Below, piece by piece: positions 61,701 to 64,000 of a DNA stretch of 64,000 nt. The position numbers and the translations under genes were made by a program. Position 1 is the first letter of the stretch. Each line of letters begins with the position of its first letter. Source of the stretch: Podarcis muralis. Lineage: Eukaryota. The stretch is taken from positions 64,976,001 to 65,040,000 of the forward strand of contig NC_135657.1 in assembly GCF_964188315.1 (NCBI RefSeq). The letters run 5' to 3'. The notes below the pieces were generated by a model that saw only the letters and a list, made by a program, of their open reading frames with translations, ran no database searches and was not told the origin of the DNA.

Positions 61701-64000
61701 GTAGCTAGGTATAGAATGGGGATTCTAGCTTATCATCTGTGGACTGCTCTCTTCAGTGAGACCTCCCTGGCACCATCATGAATATCCTTTCAATGCCAGG
61801 TTGGAATAAATTGATGGCCTAATGAATACAATGCTTTTTCTTGTTGTTATCCTTCCTATTTGGTTTGTTTGTGGTTTATTGTAATAGTGTTGTTGCTGTT
61901 GTTGTTATTAGTATAATTTCATTTCATTTCTATACCACTTTTTATTTTTAAGGGGGGGGGGGACTGAAAGTGGTTTACAGCCTACATTAAAACATCAAAT
62001 AAAAGAATCCAGAACAAAACATTACTGAAGAAAGTCAAGTATACATGCATTCAAAGCAACATATTGAAATGCATCGTTTTATATGTTATGCCTTTGGCCT
62101 TTTAGCCATTTTGTAAGTTGTTTAACATTAGGCAACTAAAATGTCAAAGATCTGTCTTTGAATTAAGACCAGAGCTACTAGGTGACAAGTCCACATCCAG
62201 ATAGGAAGCCACCCACTGTCTCAGCTTAATATCTAGCTCACAGGGTTGCCGTGAAGAAGAAAAACAGGGCATGTACCCTGCCCTGAGCTTCTTGGAGAAA
62301 AGACAAAATGAGAATATACTAAGAAATTATAGTAATTTTCCATATTTGAAAGAAAAAAAAGAGCCTATCCTGATTTAGAACAAATAGGTCAGCCACACTA
62401 TGAAAACAATACGACTGTTGGAATAGCAGGGAGTCATCACATTTCACCTACCAAGTTTCCTCTGCAATAACTGGATATTTTCCTAATGTAACAAGGATCA
62501 GCACCATAGCTAAATCTGCTTATGTTTGCATTCAGTAGTATCCAGATAACCCGATCATCACTGTTTCTTCCCAGGGTTATCATGAGGAAGGGGAGCAGGA
62601 TTTACCTGCGCCTTCATTAGAAAATCTACATTCTACAGGTACTCATATACATTCAGCAAGAATGTGGTTTGTGTTTCTCTTGCTATCACCTTCTTAAGAG
62701 ACATTCCAGATGATGGTTTTATTATGCACTAAAGGCACAGCTGTTACTCAGTTATTTCAGGGGGATCCAGATGTCTTATTGTAGCCATGAGGAACCTCTG
62801 GCCCATGGGCCTAATTAGGGCTGGCCCACCTAATTTGGCCCACCAGGCCATTTCCCCCAAACCACACTAATATGCGATGTTATGTATGAGGCAGGTAAAG
62901 ACATGACTGCAAAGGAATAACTGGGAGATTAAAGTTTGTGCCAAACTGTTCCTTGGCAAACAGGGCTCAGTCTGCTGATCAGCACAGAAAGTGAGCCCCT
63001 CTGAGGCAAGTCAGTTTGAAGTTGTCAATTTCAAGGATTCAAACTGTACCTTCAAATAGACACTCCCCCCCCCCTTTGCAGAAAGCTTTGTCAATCTGCA
63101 GAGGAAAAATGCACCTGCAAACTGCATCTGCAATGGACAGAAGGACTTATCAGCTGATAGTGCCATTCAACCGAGTGACACTGACAGTGAGCTCCTTTGA
63201 AATTGTCCATTTGCAGGCATGGTTTGGATCTGAACCATGCCTGCAAATACATAAAGCAAGGCTTGCTATAAGCATCAACCAGCTGTTTGGTGCTGACCAT
63301 GTCTTTTGGATTTGTCACCTAACATCCTAATGCTATCAGGTGATTGAGAATGTTCATGCAATCCTATAAAAAAGGAGAGGGTGATCATGCAATGTCCTAC
63401 CATTAGGCGTGCTGGGTTGTGTCCAGCATTGGGGCGGGGGGGCTGTCATGTATATGTGACGAGGCCCGACGGGACCCACCATACCCTCTGCAGCCATGGG
63501 AAGACCCAACAGGGTCTGCCCAGCTGTGGAATATTGAACAGCTGCCTCGGTGAATTTTTTTTGTGGGGGGGTCATCCCCCACAGCTCCCATAGATGGCAC
63601 GCCTGCCTACCATTTTGTAGGACATTGTAGGAATACTCTACCATTTTGTGTTCTTTGCTATTCTCCTTTCTTCTCCCTTTAGAGCTTTGGATTTTATGCA
63701 GCCATTCACAGAGGCTATTTGGTTGATTCCTGGTTTTATGCATGGATCAAGATGTGTTTAGTGATCATAAGCCACTTTCAAAAGTGAAGAAAGTCTTGCC
63801 ACTTCAGTGCTGGAATCACAGCAACAAAAATGCCAAAGAAAGCTAGAGCCTTTTATGTGGTCCCTTCACATGTGTATAAACGGTTTCTTTGGATCACAGC
63901 AAAGTGTGTCTTTCATCCTCTTATCAAGAAGTGAGGAGGATCCTATAGCACACTGGGTTTCCCAGAATCTTCTGCAAACCACTCCTCTGTGACTGTGGCT

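Overview
Squamate genomic DNA, probably from a lacertid-type lizard (inferred from Sauria SINE and BovB LINE copies). The only gene I can support is R-spondin 3 (RSPO3) on the minus strand. Coding exons 1-4 (31600-31504, 7408-7220, 6227-6081, 2801-2604; all GT-AG, phases consistent) give 210 codons: signal peptide, furin-like domains FU1 and FU2, and TSP1. The basic-region exon 5 must lie left of the window. A CpG island spans the promoter/5' UTR and a second lies in intron 1. The ~31 kb upstream (33-64 kb) has no recognisable gene, only transposon relics and candidate enhancers. Most notable: (1) a fragment of an MRCK kinase (CDC42BPB-like) exon 1 stranded in RSPO3 intron 1; (2) a complete, apparently young 1.8-kb L1-type retroposon with no ORF2, nested in a mariner MITE with a perfect 16-bp TSD; (3) a remodelled ZNRF3/RNF43-binding finger in RSPO3, including a Q-to-E change at a residue that is normally required; (4) two related LTRs in inverted orientation around exon 4. 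All homology calls come from my recall of family sequences; no search was run.
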